This document shows, in pieces, positions 51,334 through 61,379 of a stretch of 64,000 bases of DNA. The notes below the pieces were generated by a model. The model made no database searches, was not told the DNA's origin, and saw only the letters and a list, made by a program, of their open reading frames with translations. The translations under genes and the position numbers were made by a program. Positions within the stretch are counted from its first letter, which is position 1. Every line of letters starts with the position of its first letter. Source of the DNA: a virus; IMG/VR virus record IMGVR_UViG_3300026533_000002, positions 32,001 to 96,000 of that record; one strand, written 5' to 3'.

Positions 51334-51595
51334 ATTATTTCCTTTTATTTAATTTACTATCTATACACTTCTGTGCGAGTAAGTTTAGTACTAATATACT
51401 TACTATAGCCGCTACTTCTGCTCTCACTACAAGCCAACTTACGTCAAACCGTATAAATATAATAGCGATACCTAATAGTACAACAGTTACTAGTAGAGTG
51501 TGCAGTACTTGATATAGTACTTCAACTTCTAGTTCACATGTATCTTCTGTGCTCTTCAATTTAAAGTGTTCTAATAACATCTTAATTCTTTTATT

Positions 51596-51828
51596 TTAAA
51601 TGTAGGGATTCTAACCCTACTCTAAACTCTAGTTAAGTCTGACATTAAATGTCACCCCATTCTGATGTTTTCACCAAAACCTCCTTAATTAACTTATCAG
51701 AGCTTTACGACATTCCCTACTCTGATGTGATGAGCATATGTTTGGCTCAAAGGACTACTCACGATATTAGTAGTATCCAGAAGTTCTCAGCCACACTCTA
51801 CTAAAGCTTACTGAGCAGTTTGCTCATC
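51596..51828 (-). ncRNA. candidate structured RNA (~230 nt)
   Basis: Seven serial hairpins ending in GTAGGG TTAGAAT CCCTAC. Confidence 0.5.
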
Positions 51829-53716
51829 TTACACTCCTAACTTAGCTCTAAGTTCTTTCATTCTATCACTTAAGTGCTCTTCAGGAAATGCTTTATAGTG
51901 GTTATACTCTGGACCTCCTAGTGTACCGTCTGCATAAAACACACACTTGTTAATAGCGTCATAAATTCCAATACCCTCGTACATCCAGTCATCTTCATCC
52001 CGGAATAGTACAGCTTGAGTATGGAATAAATCTCTTTCTTTATCATAAGGAAGTTCAACCCATCCATCAGCCTTTACCAAGTAATCAATAGAGATGCTTT
52101 CATCTATAGCACCAAGCCTCCATTCCTCTGATTTACCAACAACAACACACTCACTTACAAATTTAGATGTAAACTTCCACACTAAACCATTATGATTACA
52201 TCTAAAGAATCTAGGGTATTCTACTTCTTCATAAGATAAGTCTAACATCCAATCAGTAATAGATAGTATAGAAGTCTCAGTCTCATGAAAGTACCCACCA
52301 GCTACTACTTCCACATCAATAACTTTACCACATAGATCCTTCATCTCATGTAAGAATACACTCCTTTCATCGCCTTCCATAACTCTCATTTTATTACTAC
52401 CTTTAGTAGTCTTACATTTAATCTCTTTCCAACTTAATACTTTTACTTTCATTTCTTATCCTTTTAATCTCTACACAACTTAATATGTTTAGTTTCTTAT
52501 CTGACATGTAAACAACTCTTCTATAATCTTCAATAGGGTCATTAGCTTTAACCTTACTCCACACTTCTCCATTAATACAGATACCTTTAACAGTGACTGT
52601 ATTACTTGGACTAAGTGTTAACATAGTGCTAACTAGTAGTATGAACTTCATTGCCTATAACCTTATCAGTGAAACCATGGGCTATAAGTCCTTTATGTTG
52701 TTTCACTTCTGTTCTCCATTTAGAGTTTAAATTCTTCCAAGTTGCTTCAGTATACCAGTAAGTTGTACTCCAATCAAATGCCAGAGCTAACCAATGTTTA
52801 GGATTAGCACTTACTACTTTTCTACTAACTCTACTTTCTATGTGAGGAAACCCTTGATTCTTCTTCTTACAGTTACTCCAAAATAGTTTAGTCTCGATAC
52901 CTTCCTTAGCTAACCACTCTTTAAAGTTAAGTACTTTAACATCCTCTCTGTTAGCTATTGCCTTTATCTCTTTTAGAGCTTTCTCAACAGTAATATCATT
53001 TGACTTCACATAATCTAAGATAGTAGCTATCTCTCCTAGTTTCATTGTCTCGGGTGTCTGTGGTTCATACATTATTAATCCTTTACTTTGATCCATTTAT
53101 ATTTACATACATTGTCTTCCAATACTTTTACATATAAGTAACTTGGATGACAACATGCACTACTACTATAAGTAGTCTTCTTAACTATAGCAGTGCTAAT
53201 AATTAACACTATTAGTACTATAGATGCTAACGCTGCTAACTTTAACTTAGTAACTTCAGACATTGACTCTCCTATAAATTACAATGGACAGTTAGAAATC
53301 TGTATGTATAACTATTCTCTATATCTGTCTTTATAGCATTAACTGCTTTATGTACCAATACTTTAGTTACATTGCTCATGAGTAACCCTTCCTAAGCCAA
53401 TATAGAACTTAGCTTCTAATTCTTCTAAATCACCATAGGAGAATAGATCTAATCTATCTATTAACGGTCTAAACACATCTACTATATCTTTAGCTTTATG
53501 GCTAGAGTCTAAACATCTCTCTATTCTCTCTAACATTAGTATAACTCCTACATCCCATTGCACAGGATGAAAGAAGTTAAGATGAAGGTCTTGTTGTTTT
53601 CTGAAATCAACAGAATACTTTACCTCTACATTATCCCCTATACTAAACATAGCTACTCTAAATAGCTCCTTTATATCGCTATTATTAGTGTATACTTTAT
53701 ATATTACTTTGCTCAT
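51829..53716 (-). CDS. five early-type hypothetical ORFs (51829-52452, 52418-52651, 52629-53096, 53075-53263, 53363-53716)
   Basis: Packed minus-strand ORFs; two have signal/TM-like N-termini. Confidence 0.5.
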
Positions 53717-53823
53717 AATCTTCCTTTGACATAATTAGCATTATTAATGCAGTATAAATAAGTAGTATTAAAGGTACTCCTACAAATATAAGTACCATTG
53801 ATGCATCGCTCATAATTATCTCC

Positions 53824-54297
53824 TTATAGACCTAGTTCTACATCATCACCAAATAGAGATACATTAACTTGAAATAGGTGGGTATGCATTAGTGCTTGCC
53901 TTACAGAAGCTATTCTTATATCTTTATCTGTTTGTATAAGATTCCATAGTGCAGGTTTATTAACTTTAATATCCTTAAATATACGGTTAAGACCTCTAGC
54001 TAGGTACATATCAGTGGATTTATAAACTAATAAGTTAATTGATTTACCGCCTAGTTTAAACTTAATGTTATATTTATTAAACAATACACTAGTGTACTCC
54101 TCAAACTTAACACTAGTTTCATACTTCTCAGGGTCTACATCAATACCTTTATCTTGTAATACTTTGTTTACAGTATACCAATCTTCTACATCTACAGCAT
54201 AATCATAGTCACTATCTTCTTTGCTACAATCCCAAGCTCTACTACCTATAGCTATTCCTAATACCTTAACTAACTCATGTATTGATTCATTACTCAT
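53824..54297 (-). CDS. minimal Pol-beta-type nucleotidyltransferase
   Basis: IGSRAW...DSDYDY motif. Confidence 0.65.
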   Translation of the reverse strand: MSNESIHELVKVLGIAIGSRAWDCSKEDSDYDYAVDVEDWYTVNKVLQDKGIDVDPEKYETSVKFEEYTSVLFNKYNIKFKLGGKSINLLVYKSTDMYLARGLNRIFKDIKVNKPALWNLIQTDKDIRIASVRQALMHTHLFQVNVSLFGDDVELGL

Positions 54298-54646
54298 TAT
54301 ATTTCCTTATTTACTCTATACTTTGCCTATATGGCATTATTACTCTGAAAGGTATAATGATATACCTAAACTGTTACTGTAGCTTCTACTAGCCTTATCT
54401 TAACGATTAACACTAATCTTTTTATGGTAACTATTAATATAATCCATAGGACTGTAAGTGTTATATCCTTTATTAATTATAGACACCAGCATGAACTTAG
54501 TTCTATTATTAAAGTCACCTGATCTAACTATACTGTTGAATATGTCTACACCTGCTTGAGTCTTAATTGCTTTATGGAAATGTACCTTAGCCATTGCTTA
54601 TCCTTATATTTAATCTGATACTAACTATACGAGCTAGTATCGTAGT

Positions 54647-55036
54647 TTATATCTTTAATTTCTTAAGAGCTTTAACCATCTTCATCTGACTAACAACATA
54701 TTCTAATGCTTTAATATTAAACTCTTTGTAGTCAGATTCCATTGTAGCTTTTACTTGATTTATTCCAAAAGCACATGCAACGACATTACCTTTAATATAT
54801 CCTTGCTTATTGTCAATTCTATCTAGTGTAAAGCTATTAAATGATAAGTCTCCATACACTCTACCTCTATATAAAGGTATCTTAGAATAGAAACATCTCT
54901 TAGTATTCTGTAACCTTTTATAGTCTCCTAGAGTAAGGCTAAACTCTATACCTTTCTCTTTAGCATACTTTATCTTAGCTAAGTATCTAATAGCTACAAC
55001 TTCATCTGTTACTATATAATCTGTTAACTTAGCCAT
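54647..55036 (-). CDS. HNH-like endonuclease
   Basis: CFYS...TLDRIDNKQGYIKGNVVAC-x-x-x-x-N-x-x-K. Confidence 0.75.
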   Translation of the reverse strand: MAKLTDYIVTDEVVAIRYLAKIKYAKEKGIEFSLTLGDYKRLQNTKRCFYSKIPLYRGRVYGDLSFNSFTLDRIDNKQGYIKGNVVACAFGINQVKATMESDYKEFNIKALEYVVSQMKMVKALKKLKI

Positions 55037-55462
55037 TAGAACTCACTTACCATAGTAACTACTACTGACTCAATTAGACTACCTCTAATATGCACTATTG
55101 ATTTATCAGATAGCTCTAATGATAATACTTTTATATCATTTAGATGTGATGTACTACTTAATATTCTATTATGATTCTCATCCATATCGTCTAGTTCTAT
55201 TGATATGAAAGTATCTCCACTTGTCATTGTTACTTCTAATTTAAACTTCATTGATTATCCCTTATTTTTAATTTATTTACCTCTACAAGAGCTTATATTG
55301 CCTAGACATACAAATATATGTCTAAGTTGCCTTTATGTCTTCTACCTACCTTATATACTTGTATATAAGCTCTTAAGATAGTCTGGTAATAGATAGTAAG
55401 TATAGATTAAACCATAGCCTACCATATATGCAATAGTCATATCACATATCATCTCTCCCATA

Positions 55463-56170
55463 TTAGTACTCCAGTATTGTTAGTAAGTCTTCTTTATGAG
55501 ACTCTAGTAACTGTTTAGCCTTTTGTATACTTTTTATATACATACTTGTATCTTGTGCTTTATGTGTATAAACACCATCAATAGCCAAACAATCTTCTTG
55601 CAACTCTATATAGTAGTTGTATAAATCACTTATACCAAAGTCAGGCTTCCACCCAGCATTTAGCCTAGCAATCTCCTCCTCTACTCTATACTTAGCCTTC
55701 ATATAAGCTACTTTAGCGTTTGCTTCTACCTTAGTTTTAAATACTAACCCTAAGCCTGTTAAATAAACATTTACATCTAAACTCTTAGACCAGTTTAGAT
55801 CTGATTTGACCAACCAATCACTACCATCTGTTGGGTCTATATACCAAGCTTCCTCCCCATCAGCAGGAGTCCAAGGGTTAAAGTCCTCTACTACCGAATA
55901 GTTTTTTGCTGGATATACAAACTTACAATATTCTGGGTTACATACAGGAGGTACTATCTTGTCATATATCCCAGCTACTGGTATTTTATCTATAAAAGCT
56001 TTTCTAATATCACTGTAATCATCATCTAAAGCATAAATAGTAGTAGAGCAGTTAAATGAAGGTCTATGTATTAATCTCCATTTATCTGACTTTACCCAAA
56101 TACTCTCTTTATCTAGCTTATAAAAAGCCTCCATCATATCTTTATGTTTAAAATACGCTTCTTTGTTCAT
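55463..56170 (-). CDS. hypothetical phage protein
   Basis: 235 aa; G-x-x-FKT-x-x-EA and N-x-GW-x-PD patterns. Confidence 0.6.
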   Translation of the reverse strand: MNKEAYFKHKDMMEAFYKLDKESIWVKSDKWRLIHRPSFNCSTTIYALDDDYSDIRKAFIDKIPVAGIYDKIVPPVCNPEYCKFVYPAKNYSVVEDFNPWTPADGEEAWYIDPTDGSDWLVKSDLNWSKSLDVNVYLTGLGLVFKTKVEANAKVAYMKAKYRVEEEIARLNAGWKPDFGISDLYNYYIELQEDCLAIDGVYTHKAQDTSMYIKSIQKAKQLLESHKEDLLTILEY

Positions 56171-56186
56171 CTTATCTCCTTATAAA

Positions 56187-56471
56187 TTATTCTGTAAATG
56201 GTACAAGTATATAACTTGATGTAATTACAGGTTTTGTCTTATGCCCACACTCATTACATACTAGACCAAACTTAGCAGCTTCGGAAACTACCTCTATTGG
56301 AGCAGGCAGTATCTCCTCTATCTCATCATAGCAATCTTTAAACACAGGTAACTCATAAGCTATATCTCCAAAGTAGTATCTACTTAACGAACAATCTCCA
56401 GCTTTACTCTGTCCCTCTACTACCTCTCCACAATTTGGACACTTAAAATATGTATAATCAAACATTCCCAT
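56187..56471 (-). CDS. zinc-finger protein
   Basis: MGMFD...CPNCG...QSK...CNECG. Confidence 0.65.
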   Translation of the reverse strand: MGMFDYTYFKCPNCGEVVEGQSKAGDCSLSRYYFGDIAYELPVFKDCYDEIEEILPAPIEVVSEAAKFGLVCNECGHKTKPVITSSYILVPFTE

Positions 56472-56804
56472 TACTTATCCTTTATACTAATAACAGATTC
56501 TGTTATATATTGTTAATTATACTTCTCAGTATAAGACATATTAATATCTAGCCATACAAATACCATTATTGCAATCATTATTAGTGTATCTATCATAGTT
56601 AATCCTTAAATAAAGTAGCTAACTCATGTTTAGCTACAAAGCTTCTATCTTTATTCCAAGCTCTAATATTAGCTTTATATCTTCTCATAGTGCCTGACAT
56701 AGCTAATGTTGGTCTAGGTTGCTCTACTACTTTACTAACTTGGCTCTCTATTTTCCTATACCCAAATCCATGTCTTTCAAATGTCATTGCATTTATCCTT
56801 ATAT

Positions 56805-57080
56805 TTAATCTTGCATTAGTTTGTATACTTTATATAGGTTACTAACATCTTCGCCTATAATGTAGACATAACTCTTCTTATCTTTCAATACTATCAACTT
56901 ACCTAAGTCTTTAAGAGTTCTAATAGCTCTCTTAACTGTCTTTATACTAATATCTAAATCATTAGCAATCTGGTATTGGTCTGTAATAGTAGTACTAGAA
57001 CATAAGTAGTTACTTACATTCTTAACACTATCTATCTCATTAAAATGCCATTCATAGCTTTTACTAAATACTTTAATCAT
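56805..57080 (-). CDS. winged-HTH protein
   Basis: QYQIANDLDISIKTVKRAIRTLKDLG. Confidence 0.75.
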   Translation of the reverse strand: MIKVFSKSYEWHFNEIDSVKNVSNYLCSSTTITDQYQIANDLDISIKTVKRAIRTLKDLGKLIVLKDKKSYVYIIGEDVSNLYKVYKLMQD

Positions 57081-57087
57081 AGACAGA

Positions 57088-57933
57088 TTACATACTAGTG
57101 TCGTAATGCTCTAGATCATCATCTATCATGGCAGGCTGTGCCAGAGGTTTCTCTAGTGATTTGTATGCTGTATTTATAGTGTTTATGAGCATTATCTTAG
57201 TACCAACATCTACAGCGCTATTACGTCCTATAGAGCTCCAGAACATATATCTACCAGTTTCAGTGCGTAACATACTGTCGTAGTCTATATGCTCCTCAGC
57301 ATTAGTTGACAGTGCAAGCTCACTCTCAGTATTGACGGCAGAAGCCTCTGCCTCTTCGTTTTTAGCTAGTAATGTTTTTAATACTAATAAGGATTTAGTA
57401 TGTTCAACAGTCTCTGTTCCAAATACTGTTACTTTTACTCTCTTTCCTGCCATTAGATCTAAGTAGTACTTAGCGTTATATGCTGCGTTATCTAGTATGA
57501 ATTGAGCAGCTATAATATACCTACGATTACTTAGTCCAGTTAACTTCATAGCTGCTGTCTGTGTGTATCCATAAGACTTTATCAGTGCTACTGTCTTAAA
57601 TGCCTTTTGGTTGGTAGAGTCATTTCTAGCTGCAAATGTATTAAGGTTAGACAATGCTATACAGTCTTTATCCTCTAGGTCATCTACTACATCTCTTGCT
57701 AATACATCTATTCCTAACTCAATAGCTACTTTACTCCTATGTCTCCCGTCAATTACTAAGCCATTTCTTATAATGATTGGATCTATTTGCCCCAGCTTTA
57801 TCATTAATGTCTTTAAAGCATTGTACTCATCTATAGGTTTTACTTGATTAAAGCCTGCTATCTTAGTATCGAATTTAAGTGTGTTAGGATTAAGCTTGTA
57901 GCTATCACCTTTCCATATATCTAGATTAGTCAT
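57088..57933 (-). CDS. ParB/Srx-like N-terminal domain protein
   Basis: GQIDPI...VIDGRHR...N. Confidence 0.75.
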   Translation of the reverse strand: MTNLDIWKGDSYKLNPNTLKFDTKIAGFNQVKPIDEYNALKTLMIKLGQIDPIIIRNGLVIDGRHRSKVAIELGIDVLARDVVDDLEDKDCIALSNLNTFAARNDSTNQKAFKTVALIKSYGYTQTAAMKLTGLSNRRYIIAAQFILDNAAYNAKYYLDLMAGKRVKVTVFGTETVEHTKSLLVLKTLLAKNEEAEASAVNTESELALSTNAEEHIDYDSMLRTETGRYMFWSSIGRNSAVDVGTKIMLINTINTAYKSLEKPLAQPAMIDDDLEHYDTSM

Positions 57934-58071
57934 TTATTTATTTCCTTTGTTGTAGTCTCTCACTAACATTGCTATTACAGCACCAATTGTAGGCATACCT
58001 ACCTCTTCCTTGATCTTCTTCAGATCATCTCTAGTTCTTTCGTTCAACTTAATTGCTACACTTACACTCAT
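57934..58071 (-). CDS. ribbon-helix-helix protein, 45 aa (not in ORF track)
   Basis: MSVSVAIKLNERTRDDLKKIKEEVGMPTIGAVIAMLVRDYNKGNK; AAGGA RBS. Confidence 0.7.
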   Translation of the reverse strand: MSVSVAIKLNERTRDDLKKIKEEVGMPTIGAVIAMLVRDYNKGNK

Positions 58072-58101
58072 AAATGTCCTTTTCTATTTATTTATACTGG
58101 C

Positions 58102-58129
58102 AGTATACTACAAGTAACCTTATAGTAAA
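58102..58129 (-). promoter_or_regulatory. sigma70-type promoter for RHH/ParB genes
   Basis: TTTACT-16 nt-TATACT on the minus strand. Confidence 0.5.
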
Positions 58130-58488
58130 CTAATATGGTTATTTGGTAGGACAATGTCCTAATCCGCAATCCTTTAAATAGGTAAATTATCCGCACTGTT
58201 AAGTACTACTATAGTATTACAACCAGAAAATATTTTCCATATAGTCTCTCCTTACATTAATTAAAAGCTATACTTTACATATAAGCTCTTATATCTCTTA
58301 TCTATACTAATTAGACACCTAAGTACTAACTATTGCTATTAGATACCTAATATACACTTATAATTACTAATAAGGTAATAAGAAAAAAGAAAAAGGCACT
58401 CCGCCTGGAGACCGTCGGTAGACAATAGATAGAGGGAAGATGAAGAGCGAGGCCACGAGTGATGAATCTTGTCCTCCTATTGCTCTTG

Positions 58489-58524
58489 AAAAAAATAAGG
58501 ATACCTACCGCTAAGGGTAAGTAT
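58489..58524 (-). terminator. intrinsic terminator after RNA polymerase gene
   Basis: ATACTTACC-CTTAGC-GGTAGGTAT then CCTTATTTTTTT. Confidence 0.55.
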
Positions 58525-58578
58525 TATTTCTTTAATTATCTATCCTTTAAAATTAATTAAGTAACACCAATTAAGGTG

Positions 58579-60279
58579 CTACATGCAGTTATAAGACTCT
58601 ACTATATCTATTCTATCTGGAATATTCCATCCTCTATAGATACCAGTCTGAGCCTCAATCTCTTGTAGTTGCTTCTCAGCTAGCCCTCTCATTCTATTAA
58701 GACTTTCGAATGTAAGTTGCTTAATTAATGGCAGTGCACTAGGTTTTGAGTAGAAAGCATCTAAAATTGTCTTACAAGGAATACCTCTTCTATGTAGCCC
58801 CATTTGGATGTAATGCTCGGTCGCAGAATCACTTGAGTGTACTATTGAAACTGCTAATCCAGAGTACTTCTTAGTTCCATTACCTGAGTTAGAGAACGGC
58901 ATAATAGAATCAATACTGCTTCCGTCTTCCATACTAACTTGAGCATCTAACATGTAAGGTGCCCATATAGCCTTAACACCATCAACTCTAGTAAACTGTA
59001 CATTATTTACTCCAGCTTCAGCTAGTTTTCTACCATACTCAGCTGTTTTAGCGTTATAGAAGAAACTTTCACCAAATATCTCAGTTACCATATCCATATC
59101 CTCAGGCTTTACAGTAGCTCCATGCATGTAGGGTTGCTGTACGAGCTTTGCCTCATCTCTAGTAATCCCTAGGTAGTCTGCAACTAGTGAATGAGCATCA
59201 TACTTAGTTTCTCCTCCTAGTAAATTTGCTACTTTTAAGAATTGCTCATCACCCCACAAGTTTGATGCATTAATGTTTCCACTTGCAATAAAATCATACC
59301 CTACTACACTTCTACTCATTCTACCTTCAGCACATATTATATTATCAAATACATCTACAATATGAAGTAGCTTACCTAATTCTTTATGTCCAATAGTAAA
59401 TTCTACATATTTACCTTTATTATAATCTTCAAGTAAAGTAGAGTTATAATTAATCTTGGCTATAGAATCTTTAACTAGTACTCTATAATCATCTGATTTA
59501 AACTCATTCTCTAAGTATTTAATAGCATACTTGATCTCAGTAGCATCAACTAAATACTCTTGAGCTGGTTCAATAAGATATTTCTCAAAAGCATCTCCGT
59601 AGTCATAAGCAAAGCCATATCTAGATAATGAATAATTACGAGTATTACTATCAAGTTTACGGTAATTAGTATAAGTATGCCCAAGAAACACTTTAGTCTC
59701 CTCAGCTACCTCTTGTAATCTTTCCCAATAGTTAGCTTCATTAACTTTAGATTTATTAGTTTCATAAAGTAATACTTTATATAAATCAATATACTCAGGA
59801 GCTATTTCCTTTATACGCATATCAATCTCAGCCTTCTCACTAAGTACCTTAGTAGAATTGTTTTCTACTTTCTTCTTACTACCTTTCAATATAATATAAT
59901 CTTGGAAGCTACTCACTTCTTTAAACCAAACCTTAGTCTTAACCTCTTTCTCTCTTTGACCAACGATAGTAGATGTAGTATGAGTAAACATATTTCCATC
60001 CTTATCTATAGTAGTAGCTATCTTATCTTCAAACTTAAACTTCATAGCTTTAACTACTATATTTACTCTTATAAGTAAAGCTTTCTTAAAGTTATATGAG
60101 CCATCATTTACATCTATAATACATTCTAAACTTAGTAAAGCATTAGCTACATTACCTACTAGCATAGATACTGTCATCTCATTAGCTACTATATTTCTTA
60201 CAGTTGCTACAATTAATTGGTTATCTAGTGCTTTAAGTGCTTTAAATGCCGGTTTTAATATAAGTGGGTATTTTTTCAT
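58579..60279 (-). CDS. divergent single-subunit (T7/N4-type) DNA-dependent RNA polymerase
   Basis: In order: LDSNTRNY (DxRGRxY-like), GD-x-x-x-K, YDFIASG (A), TRDEAK-x7-HG (B), IVHSSDS, ILDAF (C). Confidence 0.75.
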   Translation of the reverse strand: MKKYPLILKPAFKALKALDNQLIVATVRNIVANEMTVSMLVGNVANALLSLECIIDVNDGSYNFKKALLIRVNIVVKAMKFKFEDKIATTIDKDGNMFTHTTSTIVGQREKEVKTKVWFKEVSSFQDYIILKGSKKKVENNSTKVLSEKAEIDMRIKEIAPEYIDLYKVLLYETNKSKVNEANYWERLQEVAEETKVFLGHTYTNYRKLDSNTRNYSLSRYGFAYDYGDAFEKYLIEPAQEYLVDATEIKYAIKYLENEFKSDDYRVLVKDSIAKINYNSTLLEDYNKGKYVEFTIGHKELGKLLHIVDVFDNIICAEGRMSRSVVGYDFIASGNINASNLWGDEQFLKVANLLGGETKYDAHSLVADYLGITRDEAKLVQQPYMHGATVKPEDMDMVTEIFGESFFYNAKTAEYGRKLAEAGVNNVQFTRVDGVKAIWAPYMLDAQVSMEDGSSIDSIMPFSNSGNGTKKYSGLAVSIVHSSDSATEHYIQMGLHRRGIPCKTILDAFYSKPSALPLIKQLTFESLNRMRGLAEKQLQEIEAQTGIYRGWNIPDRIDIVESYNCM

Positions 60280-60374
60280 GGAGTAAGTCCTTTAAGTAAT
60301 AGCTACTCTTTATTTAGTAGCTATAGGGTTATTTAACAGTGGTAATAATATTTTACAATTTTTAAGTGTCTAGC

Positions 60375-61319
60375 CTACCAAGCAGCATCTTCTACTAATT
60401 TCTTAGTAGCTTCTGTAGTTTCTTCCACTCCATTAATTACTTTAGCTACAGCCATATTGAACTCTCTAGAAGTCACAGGTAATGTGCCTTTAGCAACCTC
60501 TTCTTTATAGGCTTTAAATGTTGCTTCAAGTATAAATACATCAAGAGCGTTAGTCTTTCCTTCACGCATATTAGCTAAGTAACCTAAGTTGCCAACATCA
60601 GTCTTTCTCTTATCAGTTAAATACTCATAAGCAAGTAATCTACCATCTTTCAGTACTAATGAGCTTTTACCTGTGTCAAGTTTCACTAACGCTAGTACAT
60701 TAGCTAGCTTCCCTTCTAACACCTCTATTCTTGTTGGGGCTTCACCTAGTGCAGTTGTTCTTTTAAGACTACTAGTTTTAATATGGTCTTTTAGCTCATC
60801 TAAAAGGTCATACTTCATTTTAAGACCTGTATTCATTGATAGTATAGACATCTCTAACTCTGTGCTTAAATCTTTGAACAACACTAAACTTAGTTGATGT
60901 GCATCCATTTCTGAGTATTCTAACTCATCCATAAATGCAAATCTATCTTCAGTCTCTTCATCTAACTCAATCTCAGGTATATCTATTACCTCTTCAATAT
61001 GAGCTTCAAAGCCTGCTAGGTTAATAATAAAGTTACAAGCATGTAATGCATCAGTATCAGTAATATTACCGTTATAGTAAGCTACTAAGTCCTCACCAGA
61101 GTAAGGCATAGAAGTAAATACTTTACAGTTAAGGTTGTTATATACTTTTCTAATAGTTAAAGCAAAGTCTCTATCCTCAGCTCTTAGTATATTTAAAGCA
61201 TCATTGATTTCAGTGCTAGTCTCTTTAGTTAATTTGTATTGCATTGTAATCTCCTCAGATTTAGTTGTAGTAGTTTCATTAGCATTTGTGTTGTTAGTAG
61301 TAGTTTGGTTGTTATTCAT
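60375..61319 (-). CDS. acidic hypothetical protein upstream of RNAP
   Basis: 314 aa, N/T-rich N-terminus, AAGGA RBS. Confidence 0.65.
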   Translation of the reverse strand: MNNNQTTTNNTNANETTTTKSEEITMQYKLTKETSTEINDALNILRAEDRDFALTIRKVYNNLNCKVFTSMPYSGEDLVAYYNGNITDTDALHACNFIINLAGFEAHIEEVIDIPEIELDEETEDRFAFMDELEYSEMDAHQLSLVLFKDLSTELEMSILSMNTGLKMKYDLLDELKDHIKTSSLKRTTALGEAPTRIEVLEGKLANVLALVKLDTGKSSLVLKDGRLLAYEYLTDKRKTDVGNLGYLANMREGKTNALDVFILEATFKAYKEEVAKGTLPVTSREFNMAVAKVINGVEETTEATKKLVEDAAW

Positions 61320-61379
61320 AATTATTTCCTTTATGTAGTTATAGGTAGACTAGCATTTCAGCTAGCACATTAGTAGTTA

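Noticed and set aside
51596-51828. tmRNA
   Set aside because: No GGGGC 5' end, no CCA or Ala acceptor identity, and the short ORF does not resemble a proteolysis tag
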